The position numbers were made by a program, and so were the translations under genes. A DNA stretch of 64,000 bases. Origin: Minisyncoccota bacterium (GTDB lineage Bacteria; Patescibacteriota; Minisyncoccia; Phycocordibacterales; UBA9973). This document shows positions 37,783 through 45,902 of this stretch, piece after piece (position 1 is the stretch's first letter; every line of letters starts with the position of its first letter). The stretch is taken from assembly GCA_035353995.1 (NCBI GenBank), contig DAOQAL010000001.1:145464-209463 (forward strand). Direction: 5' to 3'. The notes below the pieces were generated by a model. That model was not told the DNA's origin. It worked only from the letters and a program-made list of their open reading frames with translations, and made no database searches.

Positions 37783-38367
37783 ATGAAACATCCAAAAGAA
37801 GAACAGACATATGTAATGATTAAGCCGGATGGAGTTCGTAAGGGCTTAATCGGTGAAATAATTAAACGTCTTGAACAGCGTGATTTGAAGATTGTTGCAT
37901 TGGAAATGTTCCAGCCAACCTTTGATATGATTAATGAGCATTATCCTAAGAAGGAGGAATGGATTACTCGACTTGGAGAAAAAACTAAAACTACATACGA
38001 AAAATACGGCTACGATTTGATTACTGATTTCGGTACTGACGATACATCAAAAATCGGACCAGAAGTTAGAAAGTGGTTGGTAGATTATATGACGAGTTCT
38101 CCACTTGTAAAAATGGCAGTACAAGGAGTGCATGCTGTTGATGTAGTCCGCAAGATTGCTGGTGACACAATGCCTTATAAGGCCGATATGGGAACCATTA
38201 GAGGAGATTTTTCCATAGATTCTCCAGCTTTGGCCAATAAAGAGAAACGGGCAGTCATGAATATTATTCATTGTTCCGAGACTCCCGAAGAAGCAGAGCA
38301 CGAAATAAAGCATTGGTTTGGTAATCAGAAAACTTACGACTATAAACGCTTTGGAGTAGACGAATAA
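37783..38367 (+). CDS. ndk: Nucleoside diphosphate kinase
   Basis: TYVMIKPDGV..., active-site His in NIIHCSE; contains an internal insertion. Confidence 0.8.
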   Translation: MKHPKEEQTYVMIKPDGVRKGLIGEIIKRLEQRDLKIVALEMFQPTFDMINEHYPKKEEWITRLGEKTKTTYEKYGYDLITDFGTDDTSKIGPEVRKWLVDYMTSSPLVKMAVQGVHAVDVVRKIAGDTMPYKADMGTIRGDFSIDSPALANKEKRAVMNIIHCSETPEEAEHEIKHWFGNQKTYDYKRFGVDE

Positions 38368-38375
38368 AATTTGAC

Positions 38376-38403
38376 AAAATCCCCGAGAGGGGATTTTGCT
38401 TTT
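38376..38403 (+). terminator. Intrinsic terminator after ndk
   Basis: AATCCCC-gaga-GGGGATTTT. Confidence 0.65.
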
Positions 38404-38510
38404 ATGGAGCATGCTTGTTTTTGTTAAAAATCTGTGTTTGTATTGAAAAATTAATTGCAAAAAGTTTTATTTAAGTTAGACTTTAAGTAGGGTTATTTCC
38501 AATTATTACC

Positions 38511-38650
38511 TAGAACAATATTTTTTGGGAACCTCGATCCCGTTTTGCCTTGGCAAAACAGGTCTGGCACCCACCTAGCTTATAGCTACGGTAATATATT
38601 GGAAATAGTCCTAAGAAAAATTCCACTTTTATGTGGATTTTTTCTTTTCA
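38511..38650 (+). other. Candidate structured 5' leader / small RNA (unclassified)
   Basis: Locally GC-richer segment with hairpins GTTTTGCC-tt-GGCAAAAC and TAGCT-tat-AGCTA, and terminal hairpin TCCAC-tttta-TGTGGA plus T6. Confidence 0.2.
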
Positions 38651-38694
38651 GGAGAATTTTTTAGAAAAAGTTATAAAATGATATAATTATATTA

Positions 38695-39078
38695 ATGATA
38701 AATAGAAAAAAGTTATTAAATAGAATTATTTTGTTTATTTTGTTTATTTTTGTTCTTAATTTTTTGGCTATGAAATTTTATTGGTATTCAAGCATATGGT
38801 GGTTTGATATGCCAATGCATTTATTAGGTGGATTTTGGATTGGTATTACATTAATTTGGTTTCTATCGCTAAAAAATTTATCATTAAAGAATGTTATTAT
38901 TGTAATTTTAGGTGTTTTGTTAGTTGGTATAGGATGGGAAATATTTGAAATATCAGTTGATAAAATCGTAACAGGCAACGTATTCAATGTTTTAGATACA
39001 ATGTCAGATATATGTTTTGATTTATCTGGTGGTTTTTTATCCATGTTTTATTTCTTAAAAAGAATTATGGTTAAATAA
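38695..39078 (+). CDS. Small integral membrane protein (4 predicted TM), function unknown
   Basis: Hydrophobic profile only. Confidence 0.4.
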   Translation: MINRKKLLNRIILFILFIFVLNFLAMKFYWYSSIWWFDMPMHLLGGFWIGITLIWFLSLKNLSLKNVIIVILGVLLVGIGWEIFEISVDKIVTGNVFNVLDTMSDICFDLSGGFLSMFYFLKRIMVK

Positions 39079-39101
39079 AAAATTAAGTTATAATAAAAAT
39101 A

Positions 39102-40466
39102 ATGAACAGCATAGTAAAAATAACATTTTGTGGTGGAACAGGCTCTGTAACGGGAGCAAATTTTTTATTAGAAGCAGAAAATAAAAAAATATTAATTGAT
39201 TGTGGACTAACTCAGGGTTTGAAACTAGCTGATGATATAAACTGGGATCCTTTTGTTTATGATCCGAAAGAAATAGATATGCTATTTGTTACACATGCAC
39301 ATGTTGATCATATTGGAAGAATTCCAAAATTAATTAATGAAGGTTTTCGTGGAAAAATTTATTCTACATTACCAACAAAAGCATTAGCGTCACCAATGCT
39401 TGAAGATACAATGGGTATTCTTTCAAAAAATAAAGAATATGATTTAGGCAGTATATATACTGAAGAAAATATTAAAATCGCATTGTCACTTTGGCAAGGA
39501 TATAATTTTCATGAATCAATAAAAATTGCTGATAATTTTGAAGTCTCATTTTTGAATTCTGGACATATACTTGGTTCAGCAATGGTTCAATTTATTTTAA
39601 ATGGAAAGAAAATTATTTTTACAGGTGATTTAGGTAATAGTCCTTCTATGTTGTTACCTGATACTGAGATTATAAAAGACGCTGATTATTTAATAATGGA
39701 AAGCGTTTATGGAGATAGAAATCACGAATCAAGAGACGAACGCCAGAAATATTTAGAAAATACTATTAAGGATAATTATAGAGCAAAAGGTACCCTTATA
39801 ATTCCAACTTTCTCTCTCGAAAGGTCTCAGGAGCTTCTTTTTGAATTGAATGACATGGTAGAGAATAATCGTATTCCTGTAATGCCAATTTTCTTTGATT
39901 CTCCACTAGCTATTCGTCTCACTGAAATTTTTAAACAGTTTAAAAATTATTTTAATGAGAATGCTCAAAAGGTAATGATTCACGATAAGTATATTTTTGA
40001 TTTTCCTGGTCTTCACTCAACTTTACAATCTGAAGAATCAAAAATGATTAATTCTGCACCAAATCCAAAAGTTATTATTGCTGGATCAGGTATGTCGGCT
40101 GGTGGTCGCATTGTTCATCATGAAAAACATTTTTTGCCTGATCCAAATAACACATTACTTCTTACTGGTTATCAATCAGTTGGAACTCCAGGTCGTTTAA
40201 TTCAAGAGGGTGTAAGAACAGTTCGCATTTCTGGAGAAAATGTAATTGTAAGATCTCATGTTGTTACAATATCAGGTTACTCTGGACATAAAGACTCAAA
40301 TGGTTTGATTGAATTTGTAGAAAATATGGCAGATAATGTTAAAAAAATTTTTGTAGTGATGGGTGAACCAAAGTCTTCAATGTTTTTAGTTCAAAAAATA
40401 AGAGATAATTTTGGTATCGAAGCTAGCGCACCAGAAAGAAACGAAACTATTTCATTTATTTGTTAA
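39102..40466 (+). CDS. MBL-fold beta-CASP ribonuclease (RNase J / CPSF-like family)
   Basis: HAHVDH metallo-beta-lactamase motif and beta-CASP motifs (incl. GYSGHKD). Confidence 0.7.
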   Translation: MNSIVKITFCGGTGSVTGANFLLEAENKKILIDCGLTQGLKLADDINWDPFVYDPKEIDMLFVTHAHVDHIGRIPKLINEGFRGKIYSTLPTKALASPMLEDTMGILSKNKEYDLGSIYTEENIKIALSLWQGYNFHESIKIADNFEVSFLNSGHILGSAMVQFILNGKKIIFTGDLGNSPSMLLPDTEIIKDADYLIMESVYGDRNHESRDERQKYLENTIKDNYRAKGTLIIPTFSLERSQELLFELNDMVENNRIPVMPIFFDSPLAIRLTEIFKQFKNYFNENAQKVMIHDKYIFDFPGLHSTLQSEESKMINSAPNPKVIIAGSGMSAGGRIVHHEKHFLPDPNNTLLLTGYQSVGTPGRLIQEGVRTVRISGENVIVRSHVVTISGYSGHKDSNGLIEFVENMADNVKKIFVVMGEPKSSMFLVQKIRDNFGIEASAPERNETISFIC

Positions 40467-40489
40467 TTAATATATAATACATAACTATT

Positions 40490-41083
40490 ATGAATTCAAA
40501 AACATTTTTAAATAATAATGATAAGCACGGACACAGACAAATAAAAATTTGTGTTTCTGGTGCTGCAGAGACTGGACATTGCGGTTTAGATGCTTTAGAA
40601 AAAACAAAAGAACTTGGAAGGGAAATAGCAAGACAGGGTGCAATTCTTGTTACGGGTGCAACAACCGGTGTTCCTCTTTGGGCAGCTATGGGGGCAAAAG
40701 AAGTTGGGGGAGTGTCAATTGGTTTTTCTCCAGCATCAACAGAAAAAGAACATGTTGAAGTGTATAAATTGCCGATAGATTATATGGATTTAATAATTTA
40801 TACTGGTTTTGGTTATCCTGGTAGAGATTTATTACTTACTCGTTCTGTTGATGCTGTAGTTTGTGGTTGTGGGCGAGTTGGCACAATACATGAATTTGCT
40901 GTTGCCTTTGAAGATAATAAAGCAATAGGAATATATGAAGGTTCTTGGGAAATGGGCGAAGAATTGAAAGAAATAGTTGAAAAAAGTCATCGTCCATATT
41001 CAAAAATAGTCTCGGGTGATGATCCTAAGAAACTTGTTTCAGACTTGATAGATCTTGTAAATAAAGATAAATTAGATAAATAA
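40490..41083 (+). CDS. SLOG/LOG-like Rossmann-fold protein (TIGR00725-like)
   Basis: ICVSGAAETG...ILVTGATTGVPLWAAMGAKEVGG...AVVCGCGRVGT resembles the LOG/DprA-like SLOG fold; locally GC-richer. Confidence 0.45.
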   Translation: MNSKTFLNNNDKHGHRQIKICVSGAAETGHCGLDALEKTKELGREIARQGAILVTGATTGVPLWAAMGAKEVGGVSIGFSPASTEKEHVEVYKLPIDYMDLIIYTGFGYPGRDLLLTRSVDAVVCGCGRVGTIHEFAVAFEDNKAIGIYEGSWEMGEELKEIVEKSHRPYSKIVSGDDPKKLVSDLIDLVNKDKLDK

Positions 41084-41089
41084 ACAAAA

Positions 41090-41122
41090 TAAAAACACCC
41101 TTGCAAGGGTGTTTTTATTTTT
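41090..41122. terminator. Bidirectional terminator between SLOG gene and rplT
   Basis: ACACCCTT-gc-AAGGGTGT flanked by A/T runs. Confidence 0.6.
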
Positions 41123-41126
41123 AGTT

Positions 41127-41471
41127 TTATTTTAGGCTTGCTATAACTTTAGCAAATGTTTTTGGATTATTTTCTGCAAGATCTGCTAGTATTTTTCTAT
41201 CAAGTTCTATTTTGTTTTTCTTCAATGTGTCTATTAATTTTGAATAAGACATTCCATTCTCACGACTTCCAGCATTTATTTTAATATTCCATAACTTTCT
41301 GTTGTGTGATTTCTTATCTTTTCTGTGGGCGAAAGCGTAATTTCCAGCATGCAATAAAGCATCTTTTGCTTGACGCTCTTTTGTGCTACGACCATGCCTA
41401 AAACCTTTTGTTTGTTTTAAAACACTTCTTCTCCTTTTTAATGCATGTACTCCCTTTTTTACTCTTGTCAT
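41127..41471 (-). CDS. rplT: 50S ribosomal protein L20
   Basis: MTRVKKGVHALKRRR... Confidence 0.9.
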   Translation of the reverse strand: MTRVKKGVHALKRRRSVLKQTKGFRHGRSTKERQAKDALLHAGNYAFAHRKDKKSHNRKLWNIKINAGSRENGMSYSKLIDTLKKNKIELDRKILADLAENNPKTFAKVIASLK

Positions 41472-41498
41472 GTTTTTGTTCTTATTAAGAAATTATTT

Positions 41499-41684
41499 TT
41501 AACTAAATGGTAACAAGTGACTTTTTGGTTTGTTTTTTATTACAAAGCCCTTACCTTTACGACCAGCTAATTGTGCATTACGTGATTGTTTTGCATTGAA
41601 ATGGTTAAAGCCTGGTTTCCTTGAAATCAATTTACCATTCTTTGTTATTTTTAATCTTTTTGTATATGACTTATTTGTTTTCAT
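41499..41684 (-). CDS. rpmI: 50S ribosomal protein L35
   Basis: 61 aa basic protein between infC and rplT. Confidence 0.85.
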   Translation of the reverse strand: MKTNKSYTKRLKITKNGKLISRKPGFNHFNAKQSRNAQLAGRKGKGFVIKNKPKSHLLPFS

Positions 41685-41755
41685 TTTTTCTACCTAAATT
41701 TTTAATAATTTATTTTTTGACCTCCACATAATTTTTTGTAAAAAACTTTGTGGAT

Positions 41756-42262
41756 TTATTTCGCTTTTTCTATTGTTATAAACAAACCCTTAGGACCTCT
41801 TTTACAAGAGTCTGATACTTTGTAATCTTCAGTTATTAAGTGAAGTACTCTGTCTAAGCGTTCTTTTAAAAAACTTTCATCCATGAATTTGGCACGTCCA
41901 GAAAGAAACAATTCTATTTTTATTCTGTGACCTTCCTTTAACCACTTAGAAGCTGTTTTAGCTTTTAATCCTAAATCATGATCTCCAGTACCAATTTTTA
42001 TCTGTATAGACTTAGTTTCTGTAATTTTTGCACCAGCTTTTGCTTTTTTTAATTTTTTACTAGCTTCATATTGATACTTACCAAAATCCATTATCTTTGC
42101 CACTGGGGGATTTGCATTTGGTGATATTTCAATCAAATCAAGACCTTTACTTTGGGCAAGTTCTAAAGCATCTTTAATATTTAAAATGCCAAGATTTTGA
42201 TTTTCGTTATCAACGACGCGAAGCTCGCTGGCTCGTATTTGGTTGTTTATTCTTTCTCTCAA
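41756..42262 (-). CDS. infC: Translation initiation factor IF-3 (start codon uncertain)
   Basis: IRASELRVVDNENQNLGIL...LDLIEISPNANPPVAKIMDFGKYQY. Confidence 0.85.
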   Translation of the reverse strand: MRERINNQIRASELRVVDNENQNLGILNIKDALELAQSKGLDLIEISPNANPPVAKIMDFGKYQYEASKKLKKAKAGAKITETKSIQIKIGTGDHDLGLKAKTASKWLKEGHRIKIELFLSGRAKFMDESFLKERLDRVLHLITEDYKVSDSCKRGPKGLFITIEKAK

Positions 42263-42299
42263 TGTATATTTATAAAGCTATAACTTAAATGAGTTTACC

Positions 42300-43664
42300 T
42301 TATTTTAGCCCCAAAGTCAATTTAGTCTCTGTAAATAAGGCATCTATTCTTTCTTGTGTTTTTGCTTCTCCAAAAAGTCTAATTATTGGTTCAGTATTAG
42401 ATGGTCTTAGATGTAGCCATGAACCATCTGGTAAATCTAGGCGTAAACCATCTTGTTCGTCTATTTTAGCATTCGCAAAATGAGACTTAAGTGTTAAATA
42501 TATTTTTGATAAGTCTTCTCCAATTTGCCATTTGTCTTTTTTAATAAAATATTTTGGCATAGTTTCTATGCATTTGCTTACTGTTTGTTTCCTTTCCGCC
42601 AATAGCTCAAGAACCAACGAAAGGGCAGTAAAACTGTCACGACAAGTATTTATTGTAGGATAAATAACCCCACCATTTCCTTCTCCACCTATTATTGCGT
42701 TTTTGGAAATGATTTTATCAACAACATAGCCTTCTCCGATTTTTGAACGATAGCATTCACTGCCATATTTTTTTGCTATGTCAGATCCCATTTGAGATGT
42801 TGATAAATTAAGAACTACAGGTTTACCAGGATTTTTAGATAAAATATTTTCTATCCCAAAAACTACAGAATATTCTTCAGAAACGACTTCTCCTTTTTCA
42901 TTTATTATTACAAGCCTGTCAGCATCTGGATCGTGAACAAAACCAATATCAGCTTTTATTTCTCTTGTAACCTTCATTGTCTCTTCTAAATTTTCTCTCA
43001 ATGGTTCTGGTCTATGTGCAAATTTACCATTTGGTATATTATTAAGTGGTATTAATTCAACTCCAAGTTGTTCAAAAAGGTATGGATCCATTACACAAGC
43101 AGAAGCATTTATCATATCTGCAACAACTTTAAATTTTCTTTCTTTGATGGCGTTTATATTTATATTTTTTAATATATGATCAATGTGTTCTTTTGGAAAA
43201 TTTGGTGTTTCTAAAGGAATATATTCTTTAGGATGCATTTCTAAATTTTCTTCTACTTCGAAATATTCATTTATTTTTTTAACCTCTTCTTCAATAGTAA
43301 AAAGAGCATTTTTGTTTACAAATTTTAGCCCATTGTATTCTATTGGGTTATGACTTGCTGTAATAATTATTGCGCCATCATATTTATGTTTACGAACAGA
43401 AAATAAAACTGTAGGTGTTGGCATAATATCTCCATCAACAATATTAACGTTAAGACTATTTAATTCCTTTATAATTATTTTTCTAATTTGTGGACCACTT
43501 TCTCTTCCGTCACGTCCGATTAGTATTGTAGGATTTTCTTTTTTTGAATCTTCTTTTGTAAAACGCACAAAAGCTCTGGTATATAAAATAACAATTTCTT
43601 CTGTGAGTGTTTCTCCCCAGACGCCCCTATACCCAGAAACATTTAATTTTCTTTTTAAAATCAT
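42300..43664 (-). CDS. Phosphohexomutase (phosphoglucosamine/phosphomanno/phosphoglucomutase family)
   Basis: Active-site loop TASHNPIEYNGLKF and metal-binding DPDADR. Confidence 0.7.
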   Translation of the reverse strand: MILKRKLNVSGYRGVWGETLTEEIVILYTRAFVRFTKEDSKKENPTILIGRDGRESGPQIRKIIIKELNSLNVNIVDGDIMPTPTVLFSVRKHKYDGAIIITASHNPIEYNGLKFVNKNALFTIEEEVKKINEYFEVEENLEMHPKEYIPLETPNFPKEHIDHILKNININAIKERKFKVVADMINASACVMDPYLFEQLGVELIPLNNIPNGKFAHRPEPLRENLEETMKVTREIKADIGFVHDPDADRLVIINEKGEVVSEEYSVVFGIENILSKNPGKPVVLNLSTSQMGSDIAKKYGSECYRSKIGEGYVVDKIISKNAIIGGEGNGGVIYPTINTCRDSFTALSLVLELLAERKQTVSKCIETMPKYFIKKDKWQIGEDLSKIYLTLKSHFANAKIDEQDGLRLDLPDGSWLHLRPSNTEPIIRLFGEAKTQERIDALFTETKLTLGLK

Positions 43665-43714
43665 AATTTAATTATATGCTTTTTATTACTTTCCTCAAAT
43701 GCTAATATAAAGAT

Positions 43715-44161
43715 ATGGCATTTTATTCAGAAAACAGAAAAGCTAGATTCAACTATGAATTTTTGGACAAATACGAAGCAGGTATTGAGCTTTTGGGTAT
43801 AGAAGTAAAGTCTATAAGGGCAGGACAAATATCTTTAGAGGGGTCATTTGTAATAGTTAGGGGAGGAGAAGTGTTTTTAATAAATGCGAATATTCCACCT
43901 TATCAGCCAAATAATACACCAAAAGAATATGATCCATTACGAAATAGAAAACTTTTACTTACTAAAGATGAAATAAAAAAACTTTCCGAAAGTGATAAAA
44001 ATAAAAATTTGACAATAATACCAATTTCAGTGTATAATAAAGACAGAAAAATAAAAGTTGAGATTGTTTTGGCTAAAGGAAAGAAAAAATTTGATAAAAG
44101 AGAGAATATAAAAAAGAGAGATATAGATCGTGAACTAAGACGCGAATACAAAGATCGTTAA
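43715..44161 (+). CDS. smpB: SsrA-binding protein SmpB
   Basis: RKARFNYEFLDKYEAGIELLGIEVKS. Confidence 0.9.
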   Translation: MAFYSENRKARFNYEFLDKYEAGIELLGIEVKSIRAGQISLEGSFVIVRGGEVFLINANIPPYQPNNTPKEYDPLRNRKLLLTKDEIKKLSESDKNKNLTIIPISVYNKDRKIKVEIVLAKGKKKFDKRENIKKRDIDRELRREYKDR

Positions 44162-44173
44162 AAATAAAATTAT

Positions 44174-44574
44174 GGGGGTGCAAGGCATAGACAGAGAGCC
44201 TTTTGCACTTAATGCATGTCGAGAATAAACGTAATCTCGTAAAACTTCGTTTAAATGTTAATTGCAAAATTGACTTCTAAAGCTTTTGCAAAAGTTTCTC
44301 CATACTTCGGTATGAAGGACTTTGCATTTGCTCCAGCTTTCGCGTAAGCGCAGGTTGGTGTCTTTTTCATAGACTTCCGATATATGAAAAAAGGCATAAT
44401 ATTATCGGGATAGGGGAAAGAACGTCTTGATCTTTTTTCCAAAACTAAAAGAATCGATTTAGAAATATTTTGTTTATTTAAGAATTTTTAAATCTAAAAC
44501 AAAAAATAAACTAAACATGTAGATTTTTTGGCAGAAACTTTTTGCACGGGGGTTCAATTCCCCCCACTTCCACA
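44174..44574 (+). ncRNA. ssrA: tmRNA (ssrA)
   Basis: 5' GGGGGUG pairs with 3' CACUUCC (two G-U pairs) + A discriminator. T-arm GGGGGUUCAAUUCCCCC. In-frame tag ORF ending ...GMKDFAFAPAFA-TAA. Immediately downstream of smpB. Confidence 0.8.
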
Positions 44575-44587
44575 ATCTTACTAATCA

Positions 44588-44616
44588 TTGACTTTCAGAT
44601 TAAATTATGCTATAAT
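44588..44616 (+). promoter_or_regulatory. Strong candidate promoter TTGACT-17-TATAAT
   Basis: Consensus -35 and -10 with 17-nt spacer just downstream of tmRNA. Confidence 0.55.
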
Positions 44617-44648
44617 TTATAGGTTATAGTTATTTGACATGGGTTTTA

Positions 44649-44691
44649 TTGGTTTTCAGAGGAGATAGAAATTTTGTCTTTTGTGAAAACC
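44649..44691 (+). promoter_or_regulatory. 43-nt conserved 5'-UTR element, copy A
   Basis: TTGGTTTTCAGAGGAGATAGAAATTTTGTCTTTTGTGAAAACC; terminal inverted repeat GGTTTTCA/TGAAAACC; second copy at 45612..45653. Confidence 0.5.
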
Positions 44692-44707
44692 TTTAAAACC
44701 CTCATGT

Positions 44708-45457
44708 ATGAAAAAAATAATCAGTTTTTCTCTGTTTTTTGTTGTTATCGCTTATATTTGTTTTAGCCAAACAACAATGACATTACCGCGACAATCCGGT
44801 AAAGTAAAAGTATGGGCTATGGCATCTGCGAATGCTTTACTTGGTAATGTGTATACGATGGGAAGGGGTGCGAATTGGAATATTGCATTTTCACCATCTC
44901 AAAACGCATTTGCGAATGCAGTAATGGTCGTTACAGGAACATACACATCTGACGATATGAAAGTCGCCGGAAGTGCATATCAAAATTGTAATCAGATTGG
45001 AAATCAACAAGATAAGTATTTCAAACCAAATGCGTATCTAATTTTCCAAAATGGAACAATATCCTTCAGTGATCAATCAAGTTGTAATTCTATTCAGGTG
45101 TACAAATTGATTGATAAAAGTACTATCCTTTCCGATGTAGTAAATGCTCGTACAAAATCGGCAATGGTTTGGAGATTCTTTGTTGAGAAAAGATGGATCA
45201 TAAAATACAATGACGGTACAAAAGAAATGGGAAGAGAGTTGCTTATTGTTGATTTTCATACTGCCCTTACTCTTGCTGAAGCTTGTGCTTACGTGAAAGG
45301 GTTAGAGAGAAATACAGTATATCGAGACTTTAATTATGTAAGCACCGTAACTGCCTGTCTTCTTGATACCGGTATATTCAGACCATTTTTGCTGAACGGA
45401 AACAGTGTTCATGGAACATTTCCGACACAACAGAGTAATGTTATTGTGGTTAAGTAG
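44708..45457 (+). CDS. Secreted hypothetical protein (249 aa)
   Basis: Signal peptide; no recognised domain. Confidence 0.45.
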   Translation: MKKIISFSLFFVVIAYICFSQTTMTLPRQSGKVKVWAMASANALLGNVYTMGRGANWNIAFSPSQNAFANAVMVVTGTYTSDDMKVAGSAYQNCNQIGNQQDKYFKPNAYLIFQNGTISFSDQSSCNSIQVYKLIDKSTILSDVVNARTKSAMVWRFFVEKRWIIKYNDGTKEMGRELLIVDFHTALTLAEACAYVKGLERNTVYRDFNYVSTVTACLLDTGIFRPFLLNGNSVHGTFPTQQSNVIVVK

Positions 45458-45465
45458 TAGTTAAT

Positions 45466-45508
45466 GCCCACAGAAAGCCCCGCTTTCTGTGGGCTTTCTT
45501 GTTTTTTT
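45466..45508 (+). terminator. Strong intrinsic terminator
   Basis: 13-bp stem GCCCACAGAAAGC-ccc-GCTTTCTGTGGGC followed by T-rich tract. Confidence 0.75.
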
Positions 45509-45611
45509 ATAGTGTTTTATATTTTATTACATAAACATTCTTACACATATTTGACTTTTAGAGTTTATTGTGATATCATATATATTAGTATAATGTTATT
45601 TTTATATTTTG

Positions 45612-45653
45612 TTGGTTTTCAGAGAAGATAAAATTTTTGTCTTTTGTGAAAAC
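45612..45653 (+). promoter_or_regulatory. 43-nt conserved 5'-UTR element, copy B
   Basis: TTGGTTTTCAGAGAAGATAAAATTTTTGTCTTTTGTGAAAACC (2 substitutions + 1 indel vs copy A), 14 nt before ATG 45668; candidate promoter TTGACT-17-TATCAT at 45551..45579. Confidence 0.5.
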
Positions 45654-45667
45654 CAATAAAATCAGGT

Positions 45668-45814
45668 ATGGAAACAACAGAAACAGGTGAAACTAAACAA
45701 CCAACAGGAAAAGAAATAGCTGATTCCACAGGAGAAGATTTTCATATTAACATTGACGGTACTAATGATCCACCGTCAGAAGGAGGCAGTGATGACCTTT
45801 TTAATTGCTAATAG
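45668..45814 (+). CDS. Small acidic peptide, 48 aa, C-terminal Cys (METTETGETKQPTGKEIADSTGEDFHINIDGTNDPPSEGGSDDLFNC)
   Basis: Not in the ORF track (<60 aa); has its own leader element and its own terminator. Confidence 0.3.
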
Positions 45815-45837
45815 TAAAAGGTTCTGAAAAAAATGAA

Positions 45838-45866
45838 AGCGGTTGCGAGTCAATCGCTTTTTTTAT
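45838..45866 (+). terminator. Intrinsic terminator after small-peptide ORF
   Basis: AGCGGTTG-cgagt-CAATCGCT (one G-U) followed by T7. Confidence 0.55.
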
Positions 45867-45902
45867 TTAACAATTTAAGTTTTTTATGTTAACATTTAGC
45901 TT

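Noticed and set aside
38511-38650. SRP (4.5S) RNA, fluoride, preQ1 or guanidine riboswitch
   Set aside because: No GGAAGCAGCC-type SRP helix-8 motif and no match by eye to the conserved cores of those riboswitches; reported only as an unclassified structured leader.
44073-44442. Two minus-strand ORFs (64 aa and 63 aa) in the ORF track
   Set aside because: They lie antisense within the tmRNA gene and have no coding features; artefacts of a noncoding RNA locus.
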